Virus record (IMG/VR): IMGVR_UViG_3300029552_000001
DNA: 64,000 bases
Strand: one strand, 5' to 3'
From: a virus
The position numbers were made by a program, and so were the translations under genes. Shown here piece by piece: positions 16,992-24,881 of this stretch. Each line of letters begins with the position of its first letter. Position 1 is the first letter of the stretch. The notes under the pieces are model-generated. The model did no database searches. It was not told where the DNA came from and was given only the letters and a program-made list of their open reading frames with translations.

Positions 16992-17405
16992 TTATAATAA
17001 ATACTCTTCTATTTTCTTAGCCATATCAATAAGCATCTCACATCTAAGGTCGTTAAGATCCTTACAAAACCTCATCTCCTCCTCATGCTTTTCCTCCGGC
17101 GATCTGTTATCACTTATACTGTAGCATGGTGATGAGCATATCGGTATGGGCTTCATGGCATCTATGGCTAATTTGATAGCCTTTTCTTTGATATCGCTTA
17201 TATTAATTTCTTTTTGCATCCAGATCATACCGCTATCATGGCAATCAGGAAAATCGACATGATCCGGGTCACGTATTAAACAGCTTCCCTCGTTATAAAA
17301 ACAGCATCCTGTACAATGATCTTCTTTTATCTCCGGGACAGCCACGTATGTCATTCCTTTGTATATTCTAACTTCTCCTTTTCTTACCTTATTTATCTTA
17401 TTCAT
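16992..17405 (-). CDS. Cys-rich domain protein (C-x-G-C-x-F family, paralog 1)
   Basis: 137 aa with GEVRIYKGMTYVAVPEIKEDHCTGCCFYNEGSC. The same module occurs in 19511..20005, 48318..48758 and 49065..49550. Confidence 0.6.
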   Translation of the reverse strand: MNKINKVRKGEVRIYKGMTYVAVPEIKEDHCTGCCFYNEGSCLIRDPDHVDFPDCHDSGMIWMQKEINISDIKEKAIKLAIDAMKPIPICSSPCYSISDNRSPEEKHEEEMRFCKDLNDLRCEMLIDMAKKIEEYLL

Positions 17406-17680
17406 CTTATCAGATTTTTATATCCTACACGTTTTAATTCCTCTTCAGTAGCTTTCTTCTTCGGGAACTTCCCGTGCCATTTACCGGGCACCACGACATC
17501 ACGTCCGTCTGGGCTGGTAGCCAGCCTCCCGCATTCGCTGCACAGCCCCATGCCCTTGTACGGCTGTAGTTCCTTGGCATAGTCGAATTTGTCCACCATA
17601 TACTCGTTTGTCAACATCCAGTAACTAGACGTAGCGGTATTATCAACGCAACCGCATTTAGCGCATACAAATAAGCTCAT
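17402..17680 (-). CDS. zinc-ribbon-like small protein
   Basis: 92 aa with CAKCGC ... CSECG pairs. Confidence 0.55.
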   Translation of the reverse strand: MSLFVCAKCGCVDNTATSSYWMLTNEYMVDKFDYAKELQPYKGMGLCSECGRLATSPDGRDVVVPGKWHGKFPKKKATEEELKRVGYKNLIR

Positions 17681-17686
17681 AGTAAA

Positions 17687-18133
17687 TTATTTAATATCAT
17701 TATCCTTCTTATCATCGTCAATCCTCTCCACCTTAATCGTCCCCATATCACCTGAAGGTAACGTGATATCACTATACACATTATTCCAGTCCTCGTCAAT
17801 GGCCAACTGATGTAATATCGACCTATATATTTGGTAGGTGTTGCCGATAAGTCTCTTCCTATTTATCTTATCCTTACTGCCTCCATCGTACCCTATATGC
17901 TCAAAATCCTCAAGATCTGGGAACAACCTTCTTCTTATCGCTCGTGAGTTATTGACTATAAAGCTTCTTATCCCCAGCGTTTCCGTTCTATCCATATCAT
18001 TTATCAAAGTTTCCGTGGTATGCTGAAGATCCATGTCTCCGGCTGCGTATCTGCTTATGTCCTCCACGCACCGGGATATCAGCATCAGTTGTTCCCTTGT
18101 CAATGTTATTTTATAAAGTTGTTTGTTGTTCAT
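17687..18133 (-). CDS. hypothetical protein
   Basis: 148-aa ORF. No motif recognised. Confidence 0.55.
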   Translation of the reverse strand: MNNKQLYKITLTREQLMLISRCVEDISRYAAGDMDLQHTTETLINDMDRTETLGIRSFIVNNSRAIRRRLFPDLEDFEHIGYDGGSKDKINRKRLIGNTYQIYRSILHQLAIDEDWNNVYSDITLPSGDMGTIKVERIDDDKKDNDIK

Positions 18134-19109
18134 ATCCTTCTATTTTATTTATCATCTCGAATATTTTCACCGCTATCAACGGCACTATGGCATTACCATA
18201 AGCCTTTATTGATTCTTTTCTCCATTTCCCGTAAGGAATGGTAAGGTTGTCCACATTAAAGGGTAGCCCATCATTTCCTCTACAAATAGGGGACTGAGTT
18301 GGAAAACTCTTCCATTGAGTCGATCCCCGTCCATCCCAATCACGGCAGGCATATTTCTTAAAGAGTCTGTTCTCGGTGCTCCGTTGCTTTTTGTCATCTT
18401 CCTTATCGTACAAGAACCTGTGTGATCTGAGGCCACTGGTGTCGGTAATAAGTCTCCGTATTTTATCCCTTGTTTGGGAAGTGAACTCAAATCCATGAAT
18501 CTTGTCTTCCCGTCCTTGTCGCAAACCTTCAACCCTTGCGTCTGAACAGTCGGAAGCAATGAACCATATCCTATACCGTTTATGTGGCGCTCCGACACCG
18601 CAAGCTGGAACAATGATCGGTTGGACGGAATATCCTTCACGTTCAAGATCGTCGCAGATGGTATTGATGATATATTCTTGCTCAAGTATCGTTTCCTTGT
18701 AATTTTCTTCATCTTGATCACTTTTCGTTTCCACGTCAGTTTCACTACCGGGTTGAACCATATTGGTGATTCCAGCAACATTCTCGCCAATAATCCAGAG
18801 CGGTCTTGTCTCTCGTATGACTCTAAGCATTTCCGGCCAGAGATAACGGTTATCATCCGCTCCCTTTCGTTGTCCAGCGACGCTAAATGGTTGACAAGGG
18901 AAACCTCCGGTGAGCACGTCGATTTTCCCTTTCCATGAAGTGAAATCAGTTCTTTTAATATCTTCATATAATACTGTTTTTGGAAAATAATATTTTAATA
19001 CACTTTGACAGAATGGATCTATCTCGCATTGAAAGACATTGTTCCATCCTACCTCTCTAGCGGCTAAATCAAAGCCTCCTATACCTGAGAAAAGACTAGC
19101 GTGATTCAT
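18111..19109 (-). CDS. DNA (cytosine-5)-methyltransferase
   Basis: 332 aa with LFSGIGGFDLA (I), GGFPCQPFSVAG (IV), IIGENVAG (VI), GAPHKRYRIWFIA (VIII) and AYGNAIVP (X). Confidence 0.9.
   Translation of the reverse strand: MNHASLFSGIGGFDLAAREVGWNNVFQCEIDPFCQSVLKYYFPKTVLYEDIKRTDFTSWKGKIDVLTGGFPCQPFSVAGQRKGADDNRYLWPEMLRVIRETRPLWIIGENVAGITNMVQPGSETDVETKSDQDEENYKETILEQEYIINTICDDLEREGYSVQPIIVPACGVGAPHKRYRIWFIASDCSDARVEGLRQGREDKIHGFEFTSQTRDKIRRLITDTSGLRSHRFLYDKEDDKKQRSTENRLFKKYACRDWDGRGSTQWKSFPTQSPICRGNDGLPFNVDNLTIPYGKWRKESIKAYGNAIVPLIAVKIFEMINKIEGYEQQTTL
18206..18967 (-). CDS. 253-codon ORF in the +1 frame, nested entirely in the C5-MTase gene; coding status unresolved
   Basis: Same strand, offset 142 nt (frame +1) from the MTase start. 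Its translation contains SGRKCLESYER, LLPTPVASDHTG and QLSPLFVEEMMGYPLMWTTLPF. Confidence 0.35.
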   Translation of the reverse strand: MKILKELISLHGKGKSTCSPEVSLVNHLASLDNERERMITVISGRKCLESYERQDRSGLLARMLLESPIWFNPVVKLTWKRKVIKMKKITRKRYLSKNISSIPSATILNVKDIPSNRSLFQLAVSERHINGIGYGSLLPTVQTQGLKVCDKDGKTRFMDLSSLPKQGIKYGDLLPTPVASDHTGSCTIRKMTKSNGAPRTDSLRNMPAVIGMDGDRLNGRVFQLSPLFVEEMMGYPLMWTTLPFLTGNGEKNQ

Positions 19110-19510
19110 TCCATCTTATTTGATATTAATTTTTCTTTTATATGTTTAGATATATCAATTATCTCATCTTTTATATTGCAGTCATCTTTTAATAATGAAC
19201 CAAATATACATGATATGGCGCCCTTTAGGCCTAGCGCTATCCCTATCTCCAATATTTTTTTATCGGTATTAGAGATTTCTATAGGTTCATATAATATTGA
19301 TGATATGTTGTTAACGACGTATATTATATCATCTTCATTCATTGATGTAGATTTATCGACAATAGCTATAAAATCTTTTATAATCATAATATAAGCTATT
19401 TTTATTTCTTTTATCGTATCATCGCTTAGATGTCTATCTCTTATATGCCTTTCAACATACTTGTTTGCTAGATTCTCTATTTTGTTTGATTTGTCCATTT
19501 GTACTATCAA
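19106..19510 (-). CDS. hypothetical protein
   Basis: 134-aa ORF abutting its neighbours. No motif recognised. Confidence 0.55.
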   Translation of the reverse strand: MIVQMDKSNKIENLANKYVERHIRDRHLSDDTIKEIKIAYIMIIKDFIAIVDKSTSMNEDDIIYVVNNISSILYEPIEISNTDKKILEIGIALGLKGAISCIFGSLLKDDCNIKDEIIDISKHIKEKLISNKME

Positions 19511-20005
19511 TTATTTAGTTAATAATAGATCATAGTCCTCTTCATCTATACTCCCATTATTGTTGACATATATAATGAAATCATTTAAAAGCACGGACTT
19601 ATCCTTGGATAAGGCTTTTATAATAAGCTCTCCATCATCTTTCAACATCACATGCACAGTATCCCAGATAACATATTTTTGACATTCTTTCTCAATCTTC
19701 TTGATTGTTTTAAGTATTATCTTATACGTCTCCTCATATCTTTTTACTATTCCGCACAGTTCAGTCGTATTATATTTACGTATAGCCGTGAATATATATT
19801 CCTTTTTACAATCCCAGCATTTTATCAGTTTTTCTGATCCGCACGCCTTATTCTTGTAGAAGAAACAGCCCTTACATGGCTCATTATGGTCGTAACTTAA
19901 TACTACAAGCAGCTCCATGCCATTCTTGTATATCACGTCTCCTTGTTTCATCTTGTCTATTTTATTAATCTCATTATCAATATAGCAAAGTTGGATATTA
20001 TCCAT
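19511..20005 (-). CDS. Cys-rich domain protein (C-x-G-C-x-F family, paralog 2)
   Basis: 164 aa with GDVIYKNGMELLVVLSYDHNEPCKGCFFYKNKAC. Confidence 0.6.
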   Translation of the reverse strand: MDNIQLCYIDNEINKIDKMKQGDVIYKNGMELLVVLSYDHNEPCKGCFFYKNKACGSEKLIKCWDCKKEYIFTAIRKYNTTELCGIVKRYEETYKIILKTIKKIEKECQKYVIWDTVHVMLKDDGELIIKALSKDKSVLLNDFIIYVNNNGSIDEEDYDLLLTK

Positions 20006-20108
20006 ACTATAGATATCCAGAATGTTATACTCAACATAAGACCTATGTTCTTAGGTATAGGATCTACTCTCCTGAATGTAAGGATCATGAATACAAATGT
20101 CTTGAAGT

Positions 20109-20621
20109 TCATAATTTACGATATTTTTCTATATAGTTAACTATTAGATCCTTGACACCTTTAGGGACATTAATTAGCTTAAGGTTACCTTGGAATATAT
20201 CCTTACCGTACTCGTCCATGATCACCCCGAATGAAGGATTCATGATTCTTGTCGATATACATATCGGTTGGTCGGTATCGAATCTGATAACGGCTACCTT
20301 CTTCTCGTTTATCGCCTTCTTTAGGGCTATATAAAGCTTATGACCTTTAACAATGTCACAATTACCTTTCATGATCTTAGACATATATATGATATGCTCT
20401 TTCTTCACATTGCTGAGATTGTCCATCAGTTTAAGATCTCCACCAACAGATTTCCATTTTTTGAAGCAAGATATGCATAGACAATAACTGGACTTGGCGT
20501 TCCTCGGCATCATCCTGCTGCTACCAGCGGGAACCGTATCGCCACAGCAGACGCACGTCCGGTCTTTGTTGGTGCGTACTGGGCCATAGCTGTTTATCGG
20601 GTATTCTTTTTCTTTAAGCAT
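20109..20621 (-). CDS. hypothetical protein with N-terminal Zn-ribbon-like Cys pairs
   Basis: 170 aa with CVCCGD ... CLCISCF. Confidence 0.55.
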   Translation of the reverse strand: MLKEKEYPINSYGPVRTNKDRTCVCCGDTVPAGSSRMMPRNAKSSYCLCISCFKKWKSVGGDLKLMDNLSNVKKEHIIYMSKIMKGNCDIVKGHKLYIALKKAINEKKVAVIRFDTDQPICISTRIMNPSFGVIMDEYGKDIFQGNLKLINVPKGVKDLIVNYIEKYRKL

Positions 20622-21049
20622 CTTTTTCTGTTTTCAAAATTATCATCACCATATTCATAATTAGGACAAGCCTTATTGCTTGGGCGTCTCGTATAAGTCT
20701 TTTGCTCCCTATCATATTTCCTGTTAGGGTTTATATAATGGTCGCACACTTGCCAAATGGAGCAGCATACTTTCCCGTATCTTTTCGCCCATTCCCGATC
20801 ATGTAGATGTACACAAGTGGCGCAAGTTGGGTTCTTGAGCTTATCCTTATTCTCATCTATGATCTTATTGACCCGATCAAGAATAACATGCATTTTTTCA
20901 ATATTTATGACGTTAAATGCGTCTGGGCATGGAAGATATGTCATTGAGCTTATATCTATGTCCATTTCCTTGGATTTATTGTAAGCTGATTTGTATTTCC
21001 TTCTCATCAAATCCTTTAATTGATTTACTTTTCTCTCATAAGTCCCCAT
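20594..21049 (-). CDS. Cys-rich hypothetical protein
   Basis: 151 aa with CATCVHLHD ... CCSIWQVCDH ... CPNY. Confidence 0.55.
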   Translation of the reverse strand: MGTYERKVNQLKDLMRRKYKSAYNKSKEMDIDISSMTYLPCPDAFNVINIEKMHVILDRVNKIIDENKDKLKNPTCATCVHLHDREWAKRYGKVCCSIWQVCDHYINPNRKYDREQKTYTRRPSNKACPNYEYGDDNFENRKRCLKKKNTR

Positions 21050-21052
21050 ATT

Positions 21053-21283
21053 TCACTCAGTTTTCCATCCTTGTTTTTTCAATAGATCCACCATCATCTC
21101 CTTTATCTTAGGGCTAATGGCTTCGGTAAGTATATCAGCGGCCAAGTTAATAGAGAAGCTTGTCATTCTAGATTCTCCTATATACTTCTCGCTGGTAACT
21201 TCTTTCACATAGTCGTGAATATCCTTGATCATTTCATTTTGAGATCTTAGGAGATCCAGTATCTTATCGAGTTTATCATTCAT
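21053..21283 (-). CDS. hypothetical protein
   Basis: 76-aa ORF. No motif recognised. Confidence 0.5.
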   Translation of the reverse strand: MNDKLDKILDLLRSQNEMIKDIHDYVKEVTSEKYIGESRMTSFSINLAADILTEAISPKIKEMMVDLLKKQGWKTE

Positions 21284-21389
21284 CTTTTTTTCTCAAATAT
21301 ACCTGATAATAACCAGATAACCACTATCAAAAAGAAACACAACCCAAGCGCCTCATCCGGGTAATCATGCATAGCCTCTAAAATTCCCC

Positions 21390-22004
21390 TCATAACTTAA
21401 CATCCATTTTGTTGATTATCTTATAAAATATATCTCTAGTCAGCTCAATATCGTAAGTAGCGTCATGGAGCTTATTCTCGTCGATCTCAATACCCATAGT
21501 TCTGGCTACGGTCATCAACTTAAAGTTCTCCATATCGTTTCTTACGCCCATCAGGAACGGTGTCACCATAACATATACATCCATACAGTTAGGATAGAAC
21601 CATGATCCGAAATACTTATCCCCACATTGCTGGAATAAAGCCCGTAGGAAGCTGTTATCGAATCCAGCGTTGTTATACCCCACTAAATACATTTTATCCC
21701 TCTTATCGAACTTATTCACGTATTTGGATAATATACCAACTAACTGCCTGTATCCGTCTTCCATAGGCTGATAAGACTGCACTTGCTCCAAGGTAACGCC
21801 GGCCACGTCCAGCGCCTCCTGCTCTATCGTGGCGGCAGGGTTCGGGGCTAGGCGGATGTCGAACCTCTCGGCCTCCTGCCCGTCGATATCCACGATCCCT
21901 CCTATTTGGTGTATCCCGTTTCTCCAGAACTTAACCCCGGTTGTCTCTAAATCGAAAAATAGTAATTTACTGGTCATATTTTGTATATCTTTTAAATTAT
22001 CCAT
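21390..22004 (-). CDS. DEDDh 3'-5' exonuclease (DnaQ-like)
   Basis: FFDLETTG (ExoI), VGYNNAGFDNSFL (ExoII) and HDATYDIELT (ExoIII). The start is set at the internal ATG (MDNLKDIQ) to limit overlap with the upstream gene; the track start is 22034. Confidence 0.8.
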   Translation of the reverse strand: MDNLKDIQNMTSKLLFFDLETTGVKFWRNGIHQIGGIVDIDGQEAERFDIRLAPNPAATIEQEALDVAGVTLEQVQSYQPMEDGYRQLVGILSKYVNKFDKRDKMYLVGYNNAGFDNSFLRALFQQCGDKYFGSWFYPNCMDVYVMVTPFLMGVRNDMENFKLMTVARTMGIEIDENKLHDATYDIELTRDIFYKIINKMDVKL

Positions 22005-22221
22005 GATTTGAACAATTAAACGCCAACCATCCACTTACAACTCCCATCGCAAAAATAAACAAAATCATAAGTGATAACAGCGCCCAATCTTCTGTATTTA
22101 GTTTATTGCTCTCCTTCTTTTCAACATTGAAATCGAAATCAAATGTCGTATTATTAGCTATCTTCCCATCAATGCCTTTGTTATTTAAATGGAGTTTCTT
22201 TTTGATTTTTCTTTTATTCAT
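21997..22221 (-). CDS. small C-terminally anchored membrane protein (paralog of 22254..22649)
   Basis: 74 aa with C-terminal DWALLSLMILFIFAMGVVSGWLAFN. Confidence 0.5.
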   Translation of the reverse strand: MNKRKIKKKLHLNNKGIDGKIANNTTFDFDFNVEKKESNKLNTEDWALLSLMILFIFAMGVVSGWLAFNCSNHG

Positions 22222-22253
22222 GTTTTATGTCTTTTAAATTACCCATAATTCAA

Positions 22254-22649
22254 TCAATTAAATGCCAACCATCCGCCTGCAAATCCCATCGCTAAAACAG
22301 ATAAGATTATAGACGTGAATAATATCCAATCTTTTGCGCTTAGCTCATTATTATCTCTCTTTATTTTCTCAAGATAATCATATATAGCTGTATAAACAGC
22401 ATGGTGAATATTCTTGTCTCTAGCCCTTACGATATTATCATATTCATTATATCCTAGATTATAGGCGGCGCTTTCGATCCTCATATTCCCCGTAACCTTT
22501 TTATTTACATCGAAATCGAAACTAACCACTATATCGGTGGTTAGAGCGCTGGCGATTTTGCTTTTTATCTCATCATTACTGAGATTAGCATCGTGCACTA
22601 ATCGCTCATAGTCTTTATCGTCAAGAATTATCTGTTTTTTAATGTTCAT
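22254..22649 (-). CDS. C-terminally anchored membrane protein
   Basis: Internal ATG (MNIKKQIILDD) chosen; the track start is 22688. C-terminal DWILFTSIILSVLAMGFAGGWLAFN. Confidence 0.55.
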   Translation of the reverse strand: MNIKKQIILDDKDYERLVHDANLSNDEIKSKIASALTTDIVVSFDFDVNKKVTGNMRIESAAYNLGYNEYDNIVRARDKNIHHAVYTAIYDYLEKIKRDNNELSAKDWILFTSIILSVLAMGFAGGWLAFN

Positions 22650-22855
22650 ATCCCTAATATTTCTGCTACATAAACAAATCCATAACATATATAATTATCA
22701 GCGTCATGCTCACCCCAATTCACATGCCATACGACGGCGCACGGGAAATATAATGGCATATCCTCAGCCATAGGATCCTCTTTGAAGTCATCAATGTTTA
22801 TCTTCTCCCTCCACCTCCACAGGTCTTGGATATCGTTCAAAATTAATTTCTCCAT
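22646..22855 (-). CDS. hypothetical protein
   Basis: 69-aa ORF overlapping the end of the upstream ORF by 65 nt. The start is uncertain. Confidence 0.45.
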   Translation of the reverse strand: MEKLILNDIQDLWRWREKINIDDFKEDPMAEDMPLYFPCAVVWHVNWGEHDADNYICYGFVYVAEILGI

Positions 22856-23471
22856 AACTATGACGGATATTAGATGTTAGTAATTCTATAGCCAAGCTGA
22901 TCATGGCTCCCGCTTCAGTAAGTTGATTCATTTGGGCGTACATTTTATGCTCTGCATTACGATAAGCCTCTCTACTACTTATGGTGTCTAGTAAATCATC
23001 TATAGCGTTTCTAAGAAGATCGGTCATCCCATGCCCTCCTATGCCCTTGAAATAATAAATATCACGACCAGCGTAAAACATGTCCTGATATCTTTTAGCT
23101 ACATACTCTATCCCGGATAGATGGTATTTCTCGTTGTCTATCTCCACCTCTCCTTCTTCTATAGCTCTCAACAACTTCCAATCTATCTTTACATCAGCTT
23201 GACGATTTTTTACCTTTACATAGGCATATCCGCCATAATGAGAACCCAGCGTCCTCATCGTAAGTTCATTGACTTTTTGTTTGTCTCCATCCATAACAAT
23301 CTGGTTTTTAATGTTGATACAAAAGTAAGATTTAAACAAAAATAAAAGCATGAATAATATAAAAATAATATTAATCATGCTTAAATATAAATATATCCCT
23401 TCTAGTTCTCGCGGATATACGTATTCGTACTCATCTGGAGGAGATGTCTTATATTCAACATCGCACTCCAT
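22791..23471 (-). CDS. membrane-anchored hypothetical protein; its frame continues upstream into a paralog of the 68-aa gene
   Basis: 226 aa from the first ATG. The N-terminus MECDVEYKTSPPDEYEYVYP parallels the C-terminus of 23613..23819, followed by a TM segment MINIIFILFMLLFLF. Confidence 0.55.
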   Translation of the reverse strand: MECDVEYKTSPPDEYEYVYPRELEGIYLYLSMINIIFILFMLLFLFKSYFCINIKNQIVMDGDKQKVNELTMRTLGSHYGGYAYVKVKNRQADVKIDWKLLRAIEEGEVEIDNEKYHLSGIEYVAKRYQDMFYAGRDIYYFKGIGGHGMTDLLRNAIDDLLDTISSREAYRNAEHKMYAQMNQLTEAGAMISLAIELLTSNIRHSYGEINFERYPRPVEVEGEDKH

Positions 23472-23509
23472 ATTGGTGTAATAGTTATCCCCTTTTCTGT
23501 ATACTAACG

Positions 23510-23608
23510 CTACCCAACAGTCATATTTTTGCTGTATCCTATAAGAGGGACATTAGCCATAGGCGGATTATCCTCTGTTTTGTATCTTATTCTTGTTTCT
23601 TGTTTCAT
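23510..23608 (-). pseudogene. N-terminal fragment (32 aa), out of frame by one nt with 22791..23471
   Basis: MKQETRIRYKTEDNPPMANVPLIGYSK... parallels MSIKQITKLRYKTKDKPPMEGVPLLGYNK of the upstream gene. The frame is lost at an A5 run (plus-strand T5 at 23526-23530). Confidence 0.4.
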
Positions 23609-23612
23609 ATTT

Positions 23613-23819
23613 TCATGGATATAAATATTCATATTCTTCCGGTGGATATGTTTCAAATTCGGTGTCGTACTTCATACAAGTGTAGTACTTGTCTTTGCTT
23701 CTGTACACTACTATCCACGGACAGTCATATCTTTTGTTGTATCCTAAAAGAGGAACACCTTCCATAGGAGGCTTATCTTTCGTTTTGTACCTTAATTTTG
23801 TTATTTGCTTTATGCTCAT
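23613..23819 (-). CDS. small hypothetical protein (intact copy of the duplicated module)
   Basis: 68-aa ORF ending in YPPEEYEYLYP. Confidence 0.5.
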   Translation of the reverse strand: MSIKQITKLRYKTKDKPPMEGVPLLGYNKRYDCPWIVVYRSKDKYYTCMKYDTEFETYPPEEYEYLYP

Positions 23820-24193
23820 ATAATCTTATGTTTAAGTAATTCCATCATCATCGAAAACAATGTGTCTACAAGAAGTTTCTCGCTACTCCAATATATAGGG
23901 ATCTCATCTATATCTCTATACGTTACAGACCATGCATGTTCTAGCTTATAACATTCGAATGTACAACCCTCTATCTCATATGGGAGTAAATTCAGTAACG
24001 TCCCTACATCCCAAACAGGGTTGGATATATCCGGGGTAACGGCCTCGATCAGTCCTATACGACCAGCGTCATCCTCCATAGAATGTAATTGATCCAGATA
24101 CTTGTCTCTGAAACCGATGGCGGTGGAGATAGGGAGGCCGGCCTCGACCAGCACCCTCCCCTGTTCTTTTGTGGTGAATATCCTTTCTTTCAT
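23816..24193 (-). CDS. hypothetical protein
   Basis: 125-aa ORF. No motif recognised. Confidence 0.55.
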   Translation of the reverse strand: MKERIFTTKEQGRVLVEAGLPISTAIGFRDKYLDQLHSMEDDAGRIGLIEAVTPDISNPVWDVGTLLNLLPYEIEGCTFECYKLEHAWSVTYRDIDEIPIYWSSEKLLVDTLFSMMMELLKHKII

Positions 24194-24706
24194 CTAACCC
24201 TTGATCTTTTTCTCTACAGTAACGATCGTATCATTATGCCATCCCCCATGAGCCACGAGAAGAATCTCCTGCTGCTCGAAACCAAGACCGGCCCCTATAC
24301 CGCCGGAGTTCCATGCGCAGGTAATGACCACCCCGCCTTTCTTGGTGATCCTAGCTATCTCATTCTTCTGCCTAGCCCAATAACTAGATTGCGTTGTTTG
24401 CATATTAACAGATCTTCCAAGTCTTTTATACGACTCAGATACCTGCCTCGAAGAATATGGTGGATCATATAATACCATATCAGCCATATTATCCTTAAGA
24501 CCACGCAGGAAGTCTGTGGCGTCTTTATGATACATAGCTTTAGTATCAGGGTCAAGATCGTTGGTGATTGTCCCTATATCGCTGTTTCTGGCGAATGGAT
24601 CCACTATAACCATCCCCTCTTCTCGATATTTATCTATAAGTTCCCTTATCGGTTTTATGCTGAATGTCTCGCTGTTCGGCATTGACCATTTCTTGTTTAT
24701 AATCAT
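24194..24706 (-). CDS. small DNA N6-adenine/N4-cytosine methyltransferase (DPPY)
   Basis: 170 aa with IVDPFARNS (AdoMet-binding-like) followed by LYDPPYS (catalytic motif IV). Confidence 0.75.
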   Translation of the reverse strand: MIINKKWSMPNSETFSIKPIRELIDKYREEGMVIVDPFARNSDIGTITNDLDPDTKAMYHKDATDFLRGLKDNMADMVLYDPPYSSRQVSESYKRLGRSVNMQTTQSSYWARQKNEIARITKKGGVVITCAWNSGGIGAGLGFEQQEILLVAHGGWHNDTIVTVEKKIKG

Positions 24707-24878
24707 CTCTTAACTCTGTTTTAAATTTAAGCTTCATAGTACTTCTAGGTACAGGATCGCATATGTCATCCCACCAATTCTTGTGCCCTTTCGGTGGATG
24801 TATATCCTTTTTCCATAAAGATCCCTTAACTGTCTTGATTCTTCCGTATGGTCTCATTTTGCTCGTGTTTACCTTCAC
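24630..24878 (-). CDS. small basic hypothetical protein
   Basis: 82-aa ORF with a GTG start 4 nt after the upstream stop. It overlaps the DPPY MTase start by 77 nt, so its true extent is uncertain. Confidence 0.4.
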   Translation of the reverse strand: MKVNTSKMRPYGRIKTVKGSLWKKDIHPPKGHKNWWDDICDPVPRSTMKLKFKTELRDDYKQEMVNAEQRDIQHKTDKGTYR

Positions 24879-24881
24879 ATG

